Positions 36,401 to 50,904 of a DNA stretch of 64,000 nucleotides are shown here, piece after piece. The notes under the pieces are model-generated. The model saw nothing but the letters and a program-made list of their open reading frames with translations, ran no database searches and had not been told where the DNA came from. Source of the stretch: Bugula neritina (Eukaryota > Animalia > Bryozoa); the NCBI GenBank assembly GCA_964035545.1, contig OZ037767.1, positions 197,680-261,679 on the forward strand, in the 5' to 3' direction. Made by a program: the position numbers and the translations under genes. Numbering within the stretch: position 1 is the first letter of the stretch; every line of letters starts with the position of its first letter.

Positions 36401-39385
36401 CATATTACATAATATATAGAACACATTATACTATACATATTACATAATATATAGAACACAGTATACTATACATATTACATAATATATAGAACACAGTATA
36501 CTATACACAACATAGCAATCAGCTCACCAATGTCTGTCTTCACCTTTCTGTAGGCCTGAGAGAACTGGAGAACCTTGTTCTCGTATATAGTGTGTAGAAT
36601 CATACTCTCAGGTGTTGGTGCGAGTTCACTGACTATTTCCTCCATCTGCTCGCTGCTCAAGTTGTATAAGTTCCTGTATTTAGGGGAGGTCCAGTCTCTG
36701 TAATACCCAAAATGTACTCTATAAGTGTATTACTATAATATACTGTGTATTACTATACTGTGTATTACTATACTGTGTATTACTATACTGTGTATTACTA
36801 TATACTCTGTATTAATATACTGTGTATAACTGTATACTGCATATACTATACTGTGTATTACTATACTGTGTATTACTATATACTGTGTATTACTATACTG
36901 TGTATTACTATACTGTGTATTACTATACTGTGTATTACTATACTGTGTATTACTATACTGTGTATTACTATACTGTGTATTACTATATACTGTGTATTAC
37001 TATATACTGTGTAGTGTGTATTACTATACTGTGTATTACTATATACTGTGTATTACTATATACTGTGTATTACTATACTGTGTATTACTATATACTGTGT
37101 ATAACTATATATACGGTGCATACTATACTGTGTATTACTATACTGTGTATTACTATATACTGTGTATTACTATACTGTGTATTACTATATACTGTGTATT
37201 ACTATATACTGTGTATTACTATACTGTGTATTACTATATACTGTGTATTACTATATACTGTGTATTACTATACTGTGTATTACTATATACTGTGTATTAC
37301 TATATACTGTGTATTACTATATACTGTGTATTACTATATACTGTGTGTTACTATACTGTGTATACTATACTGTGTATTACTATACTGTGTATTACTATAT
37401 ACTGTGTATTACTATACTGTGTATTACTATATACTGTGTATTACTATACTGTGTATTACTATACTGTGTATACTATACTGTGTATTACTATATACTGTGT
37501 ATTACTATACTGTGTATTACTATACTGTGTATTACTATACTGTGTATTACTATATACTGTGTATTACTATACTGTGTATTACTATACTGTGTATTACTAT
37601 ACTGTGTATTACTATATACTGTGTATTACTATATACTGTGTATTACTATATACTGTGTATTACTATACTGTGTATTACTATATACTGTGTATTACTATAC
37701 TGTGTATTACTATATACTGTGTATTACTATACTGTGTATTACTATACTGTGTATTACTATACTGTGTATTACTATATACTGTGTATTACTATACTGTGTA
37801 TTACTATACTGTGTATTACTATACTGTGTATTACTATATACTGTGTATTACTATATACTGTGTATTACTATACTGTGTATTACTATATACTGTGTATTAC
37901 TATACTGTGTATTACTATATACTGTGTATTACTATACTGTGTATTACTATACTGTGTATTACTATATACTGTGTATTACTATATACTGTGTATTACTATA
38001 TACTGTGTATTACTATATACTGTGTATTACTATACTGTGTATTACTATATACTGTGTATTACTATACTGTGTATTACTATATACTGTGCATTACTGTACT
38101 GTGTATACTATACTGTGTATTACTATACTGTGTATTACTATACTGTGTATTACTATACTGTGTATTAATATACTGTGTATACTATACTGTGTATAACTAT
38201 ACTGTGTATTACTATACTGTGTATAACTATACTGTGTATTACTATATACTGTGTGTTACTATACTGTGTATACTATATACTGTGTATAACTATATATATG
38301 GTGCATACTATAATATATACGCGTTACATACATGTTCTCCTGGTTAGGATAGTACATGCTCTCAATCAGAGTTCCCAAACCAGTGAGATTCTTCTCTGCT
38401 GAGACTTTCTTGATGGCGTGTCTGGTGAAGGAGTTTCTGCTACATAACACCACCATCGGGAACTACAATCACATGACCTACATCACATGACCTACATCAC
38501 ATGACCTACATCACATGACCTACATCACATGACCTACATCACGTGACCTGCATCACGTGACCTACATCACATGACCTGCATCACATGACCTACATCACAT
38601 GACCTGCATCACATGACCTACATCACGTGACCTACATCACATGACCTACATCACATGACCTACATCACGTGACCTGCATCACGTGACCTACATCACATGA
38701 CCTACATGAGCATATACTCTACCTCTAAGCTGTGGACTCGGATATTTCTGAACCTGGCTGATGTTTCTCTCTTCCTGCACGCATCTATGAATTCGTGTGA
38801 AGCGTAAACTGAGTAGCCAATCATCACCAGAATAATAGTGAACCAGAGAACTCTGCAAGTATCATGTGCAACTGTATACTTACTCTATATTATATAGTAT
38901 ACTTACTCTATATTATATAGTATACTTACTCTATATTATATAGTATACTTACTCTGTATTATATAGTATACTTACTCTGTATTATATAGTATACTTACTC
39001 TATATTATATAGTATACTTACTCTATATTATATAGTATACTTACTCTGTATTATATAGTATACTTACTCTGTATTATATAGTATACTTACTCTATGTTAT
39101 ATAGTATACTTACTCTGTATTATATAGTATACTTACTCTATATTATATAGTATACTTACTCTATATTACATAGTATACTTACTCTATGTTATATAGTATA
39201 CTTACTCTATGTTATATAGTATACTTACTCTATATTATAAATAGTAACACTCACCTACTCGGCCAAGAAGTTGTTGACAAATGTACATATTTTATTCCAT
39301 GCATGGTAACTTCTTGAGTGAACTCCGTCCATGTTGGCTCCTTTTCCTCCACCATTTTGTCTCCTGATACCTTTTCAACCTCCAT
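24466..39385 (-). CDS. DEG/ENaC (ASIC-like) channel, paralog C; 11 coding exons, with a Gypsy element in one intron
   Basis: MEVEKV...[15 protein letters not shown]; [10 protein letters not shown]; TDIGYCYAFN; [21 protein letters not shown]; [12 protein letters not shown]; [18 protein letters not shown] saw no stops in the exons. Confidence 0.9.
26480..26662. repeat. 26-bp donor-anchored array in channel C
   Basis: Minus-strand unit ataactcttgaacagcacagg|gtatg versus the exon end ATAGCTCTCGAATTGCACAAG|gtatga. Confidence 0.88.
27015..27406 (-). repeat. 3' LTR (392 bp)
   Basis: Direct repeat of the 5' LTR. It is preceded on the minus strand by the G-rich tract GGGGGGTGTG (PPT-like, 27407-27416). 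Confidence 0.95.
27706..33693 (-). pseudogene. pol: Pol (PR-RT-RNaseH-IN plus C-terminal extension) in one frame, broken by two TAG codons
   Basis: ORFs 32230-33672, 29683-32220 and 27706-29640 share one frame. Motifs: FLLDTG, YLDD, LDTDAS, HHCC, VDLVGP/TDQG/E, GPY. Stops are at 32230-32232 and 29683-29685. Confidence 0.9.
33669..34568 (-). CDS. gag: Gag with a CCHC zinc knuckle
   Basis: 299-aa ORF after the PBS; contains [14 protein letters not shown]. Confidence 0.92.
   Translation of the reverse strand: MAPGDPAPEAAAPPAFTVEALVTALQGLRGQGQASPGDRYRLQPPTFGGDGDVEQFIKEFEDVATTAEWPVRVRVLQLRACLTGRARNFALGPDEAHILRALRARFGLTTEEASDQLQVMRRDRRTPLEDHANEVERLAQAAFGHATGEDRKRLVFNAFFRSVNHPVLQRYWLAAKVKSLDEALEMGKAYFQVEEPRRANYAARQVAGDAEEVPPTPQVAAAATPSPEQTQLNMLMSMMKGLQATVAELQRNQTDRRAPRSRDDPVRPPPPTCWECGMPGHVRRHCPKGQKPLNTRGSR
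34600..34618 (-). other. Primer binding site complementary to the tRNA-Leu 3' end
   Basis: TGGTGGCAGCAGTGGGATT lies 1 nt inside the 5' LTR boundary. The plus strand reads aatcccactgctgccacca, like a tRNA-Leu 3' end with CCA. Confidence 0.85.
34620..35011 (-). repeat. 5' LTR (392 bp)
   Basis: Identical to 27015-27406 except 34941 C versus 27336 T. On the minus strand there is a TATATAAAA (~34796-34804) and a downstream AATAAA. Confidence 0.95.
36160..39240. repeat. Four unrelated intronic arrays in channel C
   Basis: 35-bp at 36160-36507, 15/17-bp at 36725-38315, 14-bp at 38465-38706 and 24-bp at 38873-39240. Confidence 0.9.
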
Positions 39386-40343
39386 TAGCCTTGATTCCAA
39401 ATGTTGCCAATTTCAATTCAACACATTACAATTAAAATGACTTCCAAAAGCTTCCAGAGATAAAGCTGTGAAAAGCTTGAAAACTAGCCCAATATTTCTT
39501 TATACTTCTAGATGCGGTAACAAATTGTATTTATAATAAATAATACATATATAATAGTTATACCATAAAAGTTTCACAGAGCTCGATTTTTAGCCATCAC
39601 TAAGGTTGAATTTTCAAGTTACACATAATTTTATTAAACTATATGTATTGCTGTACTGTAGAATTTACAGTCTATTCAAAATAATAAGCTAAAATGAAAT
39701 ATGAATTGATAAGAGACTATCAAGATATTACCTTGCAATACGATCAGAAAGCCACTTGTTTCCCTTCAACTCACTACATTTGTAAACACAATCCAACAGA
39801 CATTATGGTTATAAAGCAGGTGAGAGTAAATCAATACAATTTAAATACTCAAGTGTATTTTTTCATAAAAAATAGTGATTTATAGAGATTTATGGATGCA
39901 GCTTTTCCGTTTCAACTCAATTCACCATTCATAATGGCCATTGAAAAGACTTGTGTGTATGGTTGTGTGGCAAGCTACGCTCTCTGCTCAATATATATAT
40001 ATGTATTATATTATTATTTAGAGTTTATCTCCTCAGCCAGAGCTGTATGTGTATTGGTAGTAGACATTACACTTTCCTACACTAACTTGACTGTACACTT
40101 CACTAGACACTATACTGACTATATCAGTGTGAAATGTATACTTAAATTGACGACAAAATATAATAATATATAGAAATTTATTTTCATCACATTTTGAACA
40201 AATCACGTCATATCAAGATAAATAATATTGAATAGAGCAGCCGAGTGTTGAATCTGGATGGACTGAGCTGAATTATGTACAATGTTGATGGAGAAGTTAG
40301 GGTGGGTAGAGAGCAGCCCCTACACCTATACTAGGTCCTCTGT

Positions 40344-43300
40344 CTATGTAGCTTCAGCCTGAGATCCCGAGTTCTCTGCCTGATCTTCTGCGGGCGCAGA
40401 CTCCTCCTCCTGAAGTTGAGTTGCTAAAGACGCTGCGACTATCTTGTTGAGAACTTCTTCCTGATTGGCTAGTTTTGCTGGCATTCCCTTTAGCTGATAC
40501 ACCATCACCTAAACATGTCACATATACCATAGACATCTAGTTGTAGTAACATATACGATAGACATCTAGTTGTAGTAACATATACCATAGACATCTAGTT
40601 GTAGTAACATATACCATAGACATCTAGTTGTAGTAACATATACCATAGACATCTAGTCGTAGTAACATATAATAATCATAGACAGCTAGTTGCAGCACAT
40701 TGCACGAGGTCACAACCCCATAGAATATGCTATATCAACAAGAGGATAAGCTGACCTGGCCGGTGCTGTCCCCGACGAGGATAGACTCTGAGTTGGACGC
40801 GAAAGTAATGTTAGTCATCTTCGGTCCCGACGAGGAAACAGATATCAGAGGATCTAATGTGCTCTGAGCCAAGTCCCACACCTGTATCAGGTAACATGAG
40901 TTCTACAGTATACTATTGACCTCTGCAGTATACCACTGACCTCTACAGCATATTACTGACCTCTACAGTATACTACTGACCTCTACGGCATACTACTGAC
41001 CTCTACGGCATAGTCATTGACACAGGCAAACACAGTGGAGCAGTATGGGGACCAGCACACGTCGTTCACACTTTTAGTAGAAGAGATGAAAGTGAGAATA
41101 GGCCTCAGTCTATCATGGCGCCACAGTCTACAAAATAGCATGGGATCATTGATTAAAGACAGACTGATATATAAATAGTAAGGGCGAGCTCTGAGCTCTG
41201 TAAACACGAGTAACCGACTTCAACATAGAACCTGGTCACATTCTAAGTTCTTAGAACTACTACATTTACTCTGACACATCATCCAACACAATGCATGTAA
41301 AGTAGGAGTATTCTAGAAGCTTCACCTGATACTCCAGTCAGCTGAGCAGCTCAGGAAGAGATTCTTACAAAATGGAGACCATCTGAGCGAGTAAACGGGT
41401 CCGCCGTGACCTTCAAATGTGTCTAAATACTGTTCGTTGTACGAGCAGGAACACTTGTGTATATATCCCTCCTCTGTACCTGCTATGTACCTACAATATA
41501 CCTGCTATGTACCTACAGTATACCTGCTATGTACCTACAGTATACCTGCTATGTACCTACAATATACCTGCTATGTACCTACAATATACCTGCTATGTAC
41601 CTACAATATACCTGCTATGTACCTACAGTATACCTGCTATGTACCTACAATATACCTGCAGTATACCTGCTATGTACCTACAATATACCTGCTATGTACC
41701 TACAATATACCTGCTATGTACCTACAATATACCTGCTATGTACCTACAGTATACCTGCTATGTACCTACAATATACCTGCAGTATACCTGCTATGTACCT
41801 ACAATATACCTGCTATGTACCTACAATATACCTGCTATATACCTACAGTATACCTGCTATGTACCTACAGTATACCTGCTATGTACTACAATTTACCTGC
41901 TATGTACCTACAATGTACCTGCTAGGTATCCAAACTAATAGAAACTCTAAGAATATTCAGATTAACAACAAATACAACTCTTACTCTACAATAGCATTGA
42001 GCTCTACTAACATTATAGGATCTTCTTCACTAAAGGAGAAGCAGTAACCACCAGCTAGTCTAGATATCAAAGCATCTCCTTTCTTTTCACTCTTGACTTT
42101 TCCCCCTACGTGTTGCTTCAGTTGAACTCTTTTCAGTTTGATCAGATCAGCACACTCAAAGCCTTTCCTATAAGCAGCAGAAACTGAATATAACTAATCA
42201 CAGCCTCTGTAGACCACAGGCCCTGTAGACCACACCCCTTGTAGACCACAGGCCCTGTAGACCACATCCCTTGTAGACCACAGGCCCTGTAGACAGTATG
42301 TTTAGTATAATGTAGTGTGACACGTAGATAACATGACATCATATCCATTAAACATGGAATGCATTACTTGTATTAGCAACTCATGTTACTTCATAAATCT
42401 AGTTCGTATTATTTTACCAGGACTGTAGGGAGTTAGTGGGAATGTAGTTTTATGGTGGTACGAGATGGGGTTGAATTTGGAAAAATTATGTAGACACAGT
42501 TGTTTGTATTGCAGGGTGATAAATACTTACCATCTTATCCACATGAATGAAATAGAAGCAAAGTTATAGGAAAATAATATTTGTGAAATACATCTATTTC
42601 TATTTCATACTAATGTCACAAGTTACAATATTGTTTATTTTACATGAAAACAAGTTCAATGTTTAAATAAAGCATAATTCTCAGTACCTCCAGTACAAGA
42701 GAGTAGACGTACCTGATAGTCTATTAAACTACCTCCAGTACAAGAGAGTAGACGTACCTGATAATCCACTAAACTACCTCCAGTACAAGAGAGTAGACGT
42801 ACCTGATAGTCTACTAAACTACCTCCAGTACAAGAGAGTAGACGTACCTGATAATCCACTAAACTACCTCCAGTACAAGAGAGTAGACGTACCTGATAGT
42901 TTACTAAACTACCTCCAGTACAAGAGAGTAGACGTACCTGATAATCCACTAAACTACCTCCAGTACAAGAGAGTAGACGTACCTGATAATCCACTAAACT
43001 ACCTCCAGTACAAGAGAGTAGACGTACCTAATAGTCCACTGACACACTCTCCCGTCTGCAGAGATGGAAATTAGAACTTCCTGGTTTTGTGATGGATCGT
43101 CACCTGACAAAGAGTATATATTTATATATGGCATACATAGTATATTATACACAGAGAGTATATATATTATATATAACATACACAGTATATTATACACAGA
43201 GTATATATTACATATACTATACGCAGTATACTATACACACAGAGTATATATATTATAAAGCTATAACTCACCCTTCCCCTTCTCTTTCTCAATCCACTTT

Positions 43301-46300
43301 AGCTGCCATATTGGCGCCGTGTGCCGATGGTTGTTCTCGAACGTGTCAAGGACGGGGTCAGACTCGGAGACCTTGACATTGTAGACTGCTATGGTGCCGT
43401 CATACAACCCCACGGCTAGCAGGTTGGGGTTAGTGCTAGAGAAGTCCATGGCAGTCACACCAACCTCGCTGTGAAATACTCTGCAATGGACGTGTCACCA
43501 TGTAATATCACATCTAGATACATTGTACATTACACTAAGTGTGTGTGTGGCCAGGTAATATCACATCTAGGTACATTGTACATTACACTAAGTGTGTGTG
43601 TGGCCAGGTAATATCACATCTAGGTACATTGTACATTACACTAAGTGTGTGTGTGGCCAGGTAATATCACATCTAGGTACATTGTACATTACACTAAGTG
43701 TGTGTGTGGCCAGGTAATATCACATCTAGGTACATTGTACATTACACTAAGGGTGTGTGTGTGGCCAGGTAACACTATAGCTATTAGTAACATAGTATCT
43801 GTCTGGTGAGAAGTACCTTTCTGGATAGTCTGGGTTCTTAAGGGACCAACAGGCTACCAGCCCTCCTTTCTGGTTGACAAACTCAAACTGTCCGTAGCCA
43901 AAAGCTATGAGGTCAGGGTTGGTGCGATTCCACGCGGAGCAACTTGCGTTCTTTCCTGTCAGATAATACAGTATAACATATACAATATACAGTATATAAT
44001 ACAGTATAACATGTACAATATACAGTATATAATACAGTATAACATATACAATATACAGTATATAATACAGTATAACATGTACAATATACAGTATATAATA
44101 CAGTACAACATATACAATATACAGTATGTAATACAGTATAACATATACAATATACAGTATATAATACAGTGTAACATATACAATATACAGTATATAATAC
44201 AGTATAATGCATAGTCTTAGGACCTACCTTTAGTAAGGGGGCAGAGATAGCACCACAACCTCTCTAAGTTAGGACCTTGAGAAGTCTGGGTAATGGATGG
44301 CTCAACCAGAGCAGAAGTGGTGGCTGGGTGTGGATTAGCACCATCAGCTGGAGTTACTTCCTCTTGCTAGAGTATTGTGCAGAGTAAGTTGATATAGTGT
44401 TAGTACAGAGTAAGTTGATATAGTGTTAGTACAGAGTAAGTTGATATAGTGTTAGTACAGAGTATGTTGATATAGTGTTAGTACAGAGTATGTTGATGTG
44501 TAGTGTTAGTACAGAGTAAGTTGATATAGTGTTAGTACAGAGTATGTTGATATAGTGTTAGTACAGAGTAAGTTGATATAGTGTTAGTACAGAGTATGTT
44601 GATGTAGTGTTAGTACAGAGTAAGTTGATATAGTGTTAGTACAGAGTAAGTTGATGTAGTGTTAGTATTATACAATGTAACACAGTAGCCTACCTGGGTG
44701 GATATGCAGGGTTCAAACCCTCTATAGTGGGCTAGTTTCTCCTGATACGTGTTCAGATTTATAACTCTCTCCATCATAAATAAGTTGTTTTTAAAACTGT
44801 CGGACTTCAAAACCTGGAAATATAAATTATGCATTAAATAAACTCGACTGAAATATATACCTCAGTGAGTATAACAATATATATTCTGTAGATCTCAATG
44901 AGTATAACAGTATATATTCTGTAGATCTCAATGAGTATAACAGTATATATTCTGTAGATCTCAGTGAGTATAACAATATATATTCTGTAGATCTCAATGA
45001 GTATAACAGTATATATTCTGTAGATCTCAATGAGTATAACAGAATATATTCTGTAGATCTCAATGAGTATAACAGTATATATTCTGTAGATCTCAATGAG
45101 TATAACAGTATATATTCTGTAGATCTCAGTGAGTATAACAGTATATATTCTGTAGATCTCAATGAGTATAACAGGATATATTCTGTAGATCTCAATGAAT
45201 GTACCTTCTCATTCCTCTTAGCCTGTAGCTGCTGTTCTCCCTCCTCAGATGGCTCGGTAGAAGGGTGTCCCATCATTCCACCGGGTATTGACTGTGAAGA
45301 ACCCAGGACGGTGTTAGATTCTTCTACTATTTTACTTATCATCGTACCTGAAACAGCAAGTACCCACTCATTACTATAGAGAGATACATGACTCACTCAT
45401 TACTATAGAGAGATACATGACTCACTCATTACTATAGAGAGATACATGACTCACTCATTACTATAGAGATACATGACTCACTCATTACTATAGAGATACA
45501 TGACTCACTCATTACTATAGAGATACATGACTCACTCATTACTATAGAGAGATACATGACTCACTCATTACTGTAGAGATACATGACTCACTCATTACTA
45601 TAGAGATACATGACTCACTCATTACTCTAGAGATACATGACTCACCCATTACTATAGAGAGATACATGACTCACTCATTACTGTAGAGATACATGATTCA
45701 CTCATTACTATAGAGATATATGACTCACTCACTACTATAGAGATATATGACTCACTCATTACTATAGAGAGATACATGACTCACTCATTACTATAGAGAG
45801 ATACATGACTCACCCATTGCTGTGGAAGTTGTGTGTAAACTTCTTTTAATGTGACTCATGTTGCTCGTGAGAGACATATTTTTAGCAGCAGATGCGGCAG
45901 CACCTTCCTCTTGCTGTCCGCTGCCAGGTCTAGCTGCAACTTGAATATCCCCTGTAAGTTGCAGATAAGGTATGTAGGTTACAGATAAGGTAGGTTACAG
46001 ATAAGGTAGGTTACAGATAAGGTAAGTTACAGATAAGGTAGGTTACAGATAAGGTAGGTTACAGATAAGGTAGGTTATAGATAAGGTAGGTTACAGATAA
46101 GGTAAGTTACAGATAAGGTAGGTTACAAATAAGGTAGGTTACAGATAAGGTAGGTTATAGATAAGGTAGGTTACAAATAAGGTAGGTTACAGATAGGGTA
46201 GGTTACCCTGTTTGTTGGGGTTTGCTGCCTCTTCCAGCTGCTGAGTTAGCTCATACGTGTCGTACATGTCCCAGTTGGTGGCCATCAGCGCAATGTCATT

Positions 46301-48155
46301 GTGACCAATCTTATCTAAAACATCATTGGCTACCAGTAACATCTGTGATATCATTGGCTACGTATCAGTAATACTTCATCATGCGGCATACTTAATGTCA
46401 TTACACAAAAGTGATACAGAGTAAAGTGTGGAGAACCTGTCTGAACAGCCTTGAGTTTTGGAGGGTGATTGAAGGTCATCATTCCTCTCTCTGTGTAGAG
46501 GTCATTGCCGACTCGATTCTTGCACAACTCATCGTACTTCTCATTGCGTTCCTTTATACTCTTAGTTTCCGGCTCTTCCGTGGAATGGCAGGTTCCGTTA
46601 ATGTCGAGCAGCCATATTGTGGAGGTTTCCTTGAAAACCAACAAATCATATATATTACACTACATAATAGGTATATTATACAATATATCCTGTATATTAT
46701 ACACATATTCTGTATATTATACACAGAGACTATATATTATACTACATATTATATATTATACACAGAGACTATATATTATACTACATATTATATATTATAC
46801 ACAGAGACTATATAGTATACTACATATTATATATTATACACAGAGACTATATATTATACTACATATTATATATTATACACAGAGACTATATATTATACTA
46901 CATATTATATATTATACACAGAGACTATATATTATACTACATATTATACATTATACAAAGATACTATATATTATACTACATATTATATATTATACACAGA
47001 GACTATATATTATACTACATATTATATATTATACACAGAGACTATATATTATACTACATATTATACATTATACAAAGATACTATATATTATACTACATAT
47101 TATATATTATACACAGAGACTATATATTATACTACATATTATACATTATACAAAGATACTATATATTATACTACATATTATATATTATACACAGAGACTA
47201 TATATTATACTACATATTATATATTATACAAAGAGACTATATATTATACTACATATTATACATTATACAAAGAGACTATATATTATACTACATATTATAT
47301 ATTATACAAAGAGACTATATATTATACTACATATTATATATTATACACAGAGACTATATATTATACTACATATTATACATTATACAAAGAGACTATATAT
47401 TATACTACATATTATACATTATACAAAGAGACTATATATTATACTACATATTATATATTATACAAAGATACTATATATTATACTACATATTATATATTAT
47501 ACAAAGATACTATATATTATACTACATATTATATATTATACAAAGATACTATATATTATACCGTCAAAACCAGAGTCACTTCTTTCTCTAGATCTGACTC
47601 TGTTAAGTCTTCCTTTGGCTCCTCTTTCTGAATTTGCCCCCAAGTAGATAAATCCTTAGGAGCTGCCGCAGGTGCTGTGACAGCGTGATGTGATCCTCCG
47701 TCAGCTGCTGCCTCGTCGCTCACAGATATTGTGTCAGAGTCACTCGCTGCCCCTGACGCAGAGAACACAGACCTGGTAAATGGGCCGCCACCAAACATCG
47801 TGCTGGCATTAACTGTTCCCTGATAAATGGATGCCTGAGACTGCAGGTCAGTTGGAGTTCCAGCTTGACTACCCTGATCAACGAGCAGATTACTTTGATT
47901 TTTCCGAACTTGAGCTGGGTTGAGAAAAAGTAAAGGCTGGGGAGTAACATCTTTACCAGTTTCTTGGTCTATTACAGACACAGGTGGTTTGTATGTAGTG
48001 TGAGCTTCGGCTACATTTCTACCGCTTCGGGACGAAGACAGAGCTGTTCTAGAAGCGTGTACACTCCCGGTACCTCCGAATTTACTTCGACTAACAGTGG
48101 ATTGAGCTCCTGCATGGTGCGATCGTTTACTGGTCACACTAGCATTAACAGGCAT
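40344..48155 (-). CDS. DNAI4: Dynein axonemal intermediate chain 4 (WD repeat protein 78)
   Basis: GLVACWSLKNPDYPER, VTAMDFSSTNPNLLAVGLYDGTIAVYNV, LISISADGRVCQW, YIAGTEEGYIHKCSCSYNEQYLDTFEGH, FLSCSADWSIR. The stop is at 40344 after ...SQAEAT. Confidence 0.9.
40900..41925. repeat. 20-bp donor-anchored array (40900-41012) and 22-bp acceptor-anchored array (41476-41925) in DNAI4
   Basis: Minus-strand units are tatgccgtagag|gtcagtag and gtatattgtag|gtacatagcag. Confidence 0.9.
42683..43040. repeat. 45-bp donor-anchored array in DNAI4
   Basis: Minus-strand unit agtggattatcag|gtacgtctactctcttgtactggaggtagttt versus the exon end CAGTGGACTATTAG|gtacgt; 8 copies. Confidence 0.92.
43501..47559. repeat. 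Seven further unrelated intronic arrays in DNAI4
   Basis: At 43501-43772 (53 bp), 43964-44208, 44388-44666, 44862-45198 (33 bp), 45365-45818 (carries gtgagt), 45962-46206 (carries gtaacc) and 46700-47559. Confidence 0.88.
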
Positions 48156-48275
48156 GGTGCTATACTTGCTACTTGACCCTCAAAAGTCAAAATAGTGACA
48201 TGCCTTAACAATAATAATAAGAAAAATTGATATGGTTATTTTCTCACTTCAGTCACGTCAAAGAGCTTTTAACTT

Positions 48276-48289
48276 GTTGTTATGGAGAT
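48276..48289. promoter_or_regulatory. Possible RFX X-box upstream of DNAI4
   Basis: GTTGTTATGGAGAT is an imperfect match to GTTNCCATGGNAAC, ~120 bp upstream of the ATG of a ciliary gene. Confidence 0.4.
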
Positions 48290-49031
48290 TGCGCATCTTG
48301 CGTTTCCGCTTTATAAATATAGTCTTGACAAAGATTTTCAAACTCGAAAATACAATTGGTTCAAGCTCCCCGCGAAGGATTCAATTCTTTGTTAATAATG
48401 GTTTTGGGCTAAGAACTTCTTTTCGCACCTTTTAATCGTAAAGTTACAGACAAATTCTCAATTTGAATATTTCAAGTATTAGTATAGTCGTAATCAAAGT
48501 AGTGGCGATTATCATTCATGAACTAATATGTAAAATAAAAATGTAAGCAGAGCAATAAAGACAATCATTAAACTGATATGACTTTTTAATATTTTCTTAT
48601 TACGTTAATTAACTACTAGAAGTAGTTTTAGTTGTATCATACTTCAGAATTATTTAAACTTTAATAATCATATCATAATGATATTCATAATGATGATCAT
48701 ATTCATATTGATATTGTCGATATTCATATTGATAATCAGTGTCACTAATAGTAATAATAGTCAGTATTCATTAGAATAACCTAGATCATAATAAATAAGT
48801 AATTATCAGTATGAATATTATTTTATGTAATAATTCGCAGTTGTTATTAACTATAACATTATGATTAATTTTAAGTCTTGACTCTCGACAGCTGATGGTG
48901 ATGCTGATAGTGATAGGCTGAGCATAAAAATTGCTTGTGTGATAAATAAAATTAGATTATATAAATGTTTAAATGTCTATAATTTGTTTTGCAATACTAA
49001 TTTATTAAAAATGAATCGTTAAATGTTTTTT

Positions 49032-49487
49032 GGGTTACTGTCGTTTCCTACACAAGTCATTTCGTATACAAAATGAAAATGGTCGTTTCGTACACAAACT
49101 GCTATCCATTTCGTACCCAAAATGAATAATCAATTAATCCACCGGACAACCACTTGAAAGTTGAATAATACTAGAATACTAGTTTACTTATTTATTGCAT
49201 CCGATGTCGACTATTAATCAATGTTTTGTATTAATCTATTATCTATTATGATAAAATTAAATGCGCTGATATTTATTTTTAAAGGATTGAAAATCATTAT
49301 TGAACACGCTGCAATTTTTTTTATATTTTGATCAATGCTAATGTCTTATATTAATCTGTTTTTGCTGTACTACTCATACATCAAATAAATATAAAAAATG
49401 TGTGTTTTATTTCATTTATATTGATGTGTACGAAATGACCTGAGAAAGTGAGTACGAAACGACTTGTGTACGAAATGACCTGCATCC
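49032..49487. mobile_element. MITE-like non-autonomous DNA element with repeated subterminal inverted motifs
   Basis: The left end carries repeated gtcRtttcgtacaca and the right end carries repeated tgtgtacgaaaYgac. The core is AT-rich and both flanks read gtttttt. Confidence 0.65.
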
Positions 49488-50632
49488 GTTTTTTTATGAT
49501 GCAATCGGTGAATCACTGATAATTATAATAAATATCTATATAATAATTAATTAATACAACCATAAGTCTATAATAATAATATTATTAATTATAACTATAA
49601 TAAAAGTAATATGTCAAATTGTCACAATGCTGTAACTGTTAGTTGAGCTGTTCAAGTTTAAGCAACCTTCACTCCTTGGCTTAAGTAACTGTTTTTTATT
49701 TTTAGTATTGCCCTTGCAGCTACTATCAAAATCTTAGACACATAAGAGCTTAGTATAGGCTATAGTGAGTAGAAGTTTAGAATTGAAATCAATTTAATTA
49801 TAATATATTCTCAGTTCTCACTTTGTATTTATTTTAATGGAAACATTAATATCATTGAATTGTGAATAATAATGAATACTGACAATAAAATAGTTATTGT
49901 TTGTGCAAATATGTTTAATATAAAAATTCTATTGGTTATTTATTGTAAATTTAGCACAATTAACCATGTTTACCCTAAAGTCGTAAGTATCCAGCTGTTT
50001 TTTGCATTCAATCCACAGCTATCTCAAAGCTTTTTATATGTACCAAAAGCAATGATGTCATAACTCCAATTACAGCAGACCCACAATCCTAAATTTTTAA
50101 CAGTTATATTACAAGTATTTAAAAAATTATTTATAATAATATATTCTTATTTGCCATAATTATAGTCATCGATTGAATATAATTTTATTGATAGTTGATA
50201 TTCCTGTATTAAAATACCAATAGTTTCTCATATTCGTAGTGATAATTTAATGGTGATCATAATTATAGCTCTTTTATGCTAGTGGTAATGTTCTCTATGC
50301 TTGAGTATATATTTTAATACTATTTGACATATTGGTAGTAATGCTTGCGCTCCTAACACTTACAGTAACAGTTGCACCTAGTACACTGATTCTACCACAA
50401 TTACTTGCATGTGTAGCAGCTGGTAGAAGCACCTTGTTATAGTTAGTAGTCTAGTTATAGTTATAGTCTAGTAGTTTGAAATTACTTTTTGCTATTTGTT
50501 GGTAAAATATGTTTTAGATGTGCCAACAATAGTAGTGGCTAGTAGTCAAGCAGACAATAGCAGTGGCTAGTAGTCAAGCAGACAATAGCAGTGACTAGTA
50601 GTCAAGCAGACAAGGGAATCTCCAACTTGAGA

Positions 50633-50809
50633 ATGCAAGTTCATCTGTTGGCGTTGAGTGTTCTAGTCATGTCATTTCCTCGTATACAATCTTCAAATCA
50701 TTGTGAGAATACTTCACTGTTACTCTTTACTGCCTTATCTGATGATCTAGGTTTTAATATATAAATGAATTTATATATAGATAACTATATATAGTTATCT
50801 ATATGTATA

Positions 50810-50904
<95 letters not shown>

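Noticed and set aside
42683-43772. Regular 29-53 bp repeats resembling CRISPR arrays
   Set aside because: The units are head-to-tail with no unique spacers, there are no cas genes, and the context is eukaryotic.
48232-48435. 67-aa ORF as the XXYLT1 first exon
   Set aside because: I found no frame-consistent splice path and no family similarity. The start at 50633 joins the downstream exons cleanly.
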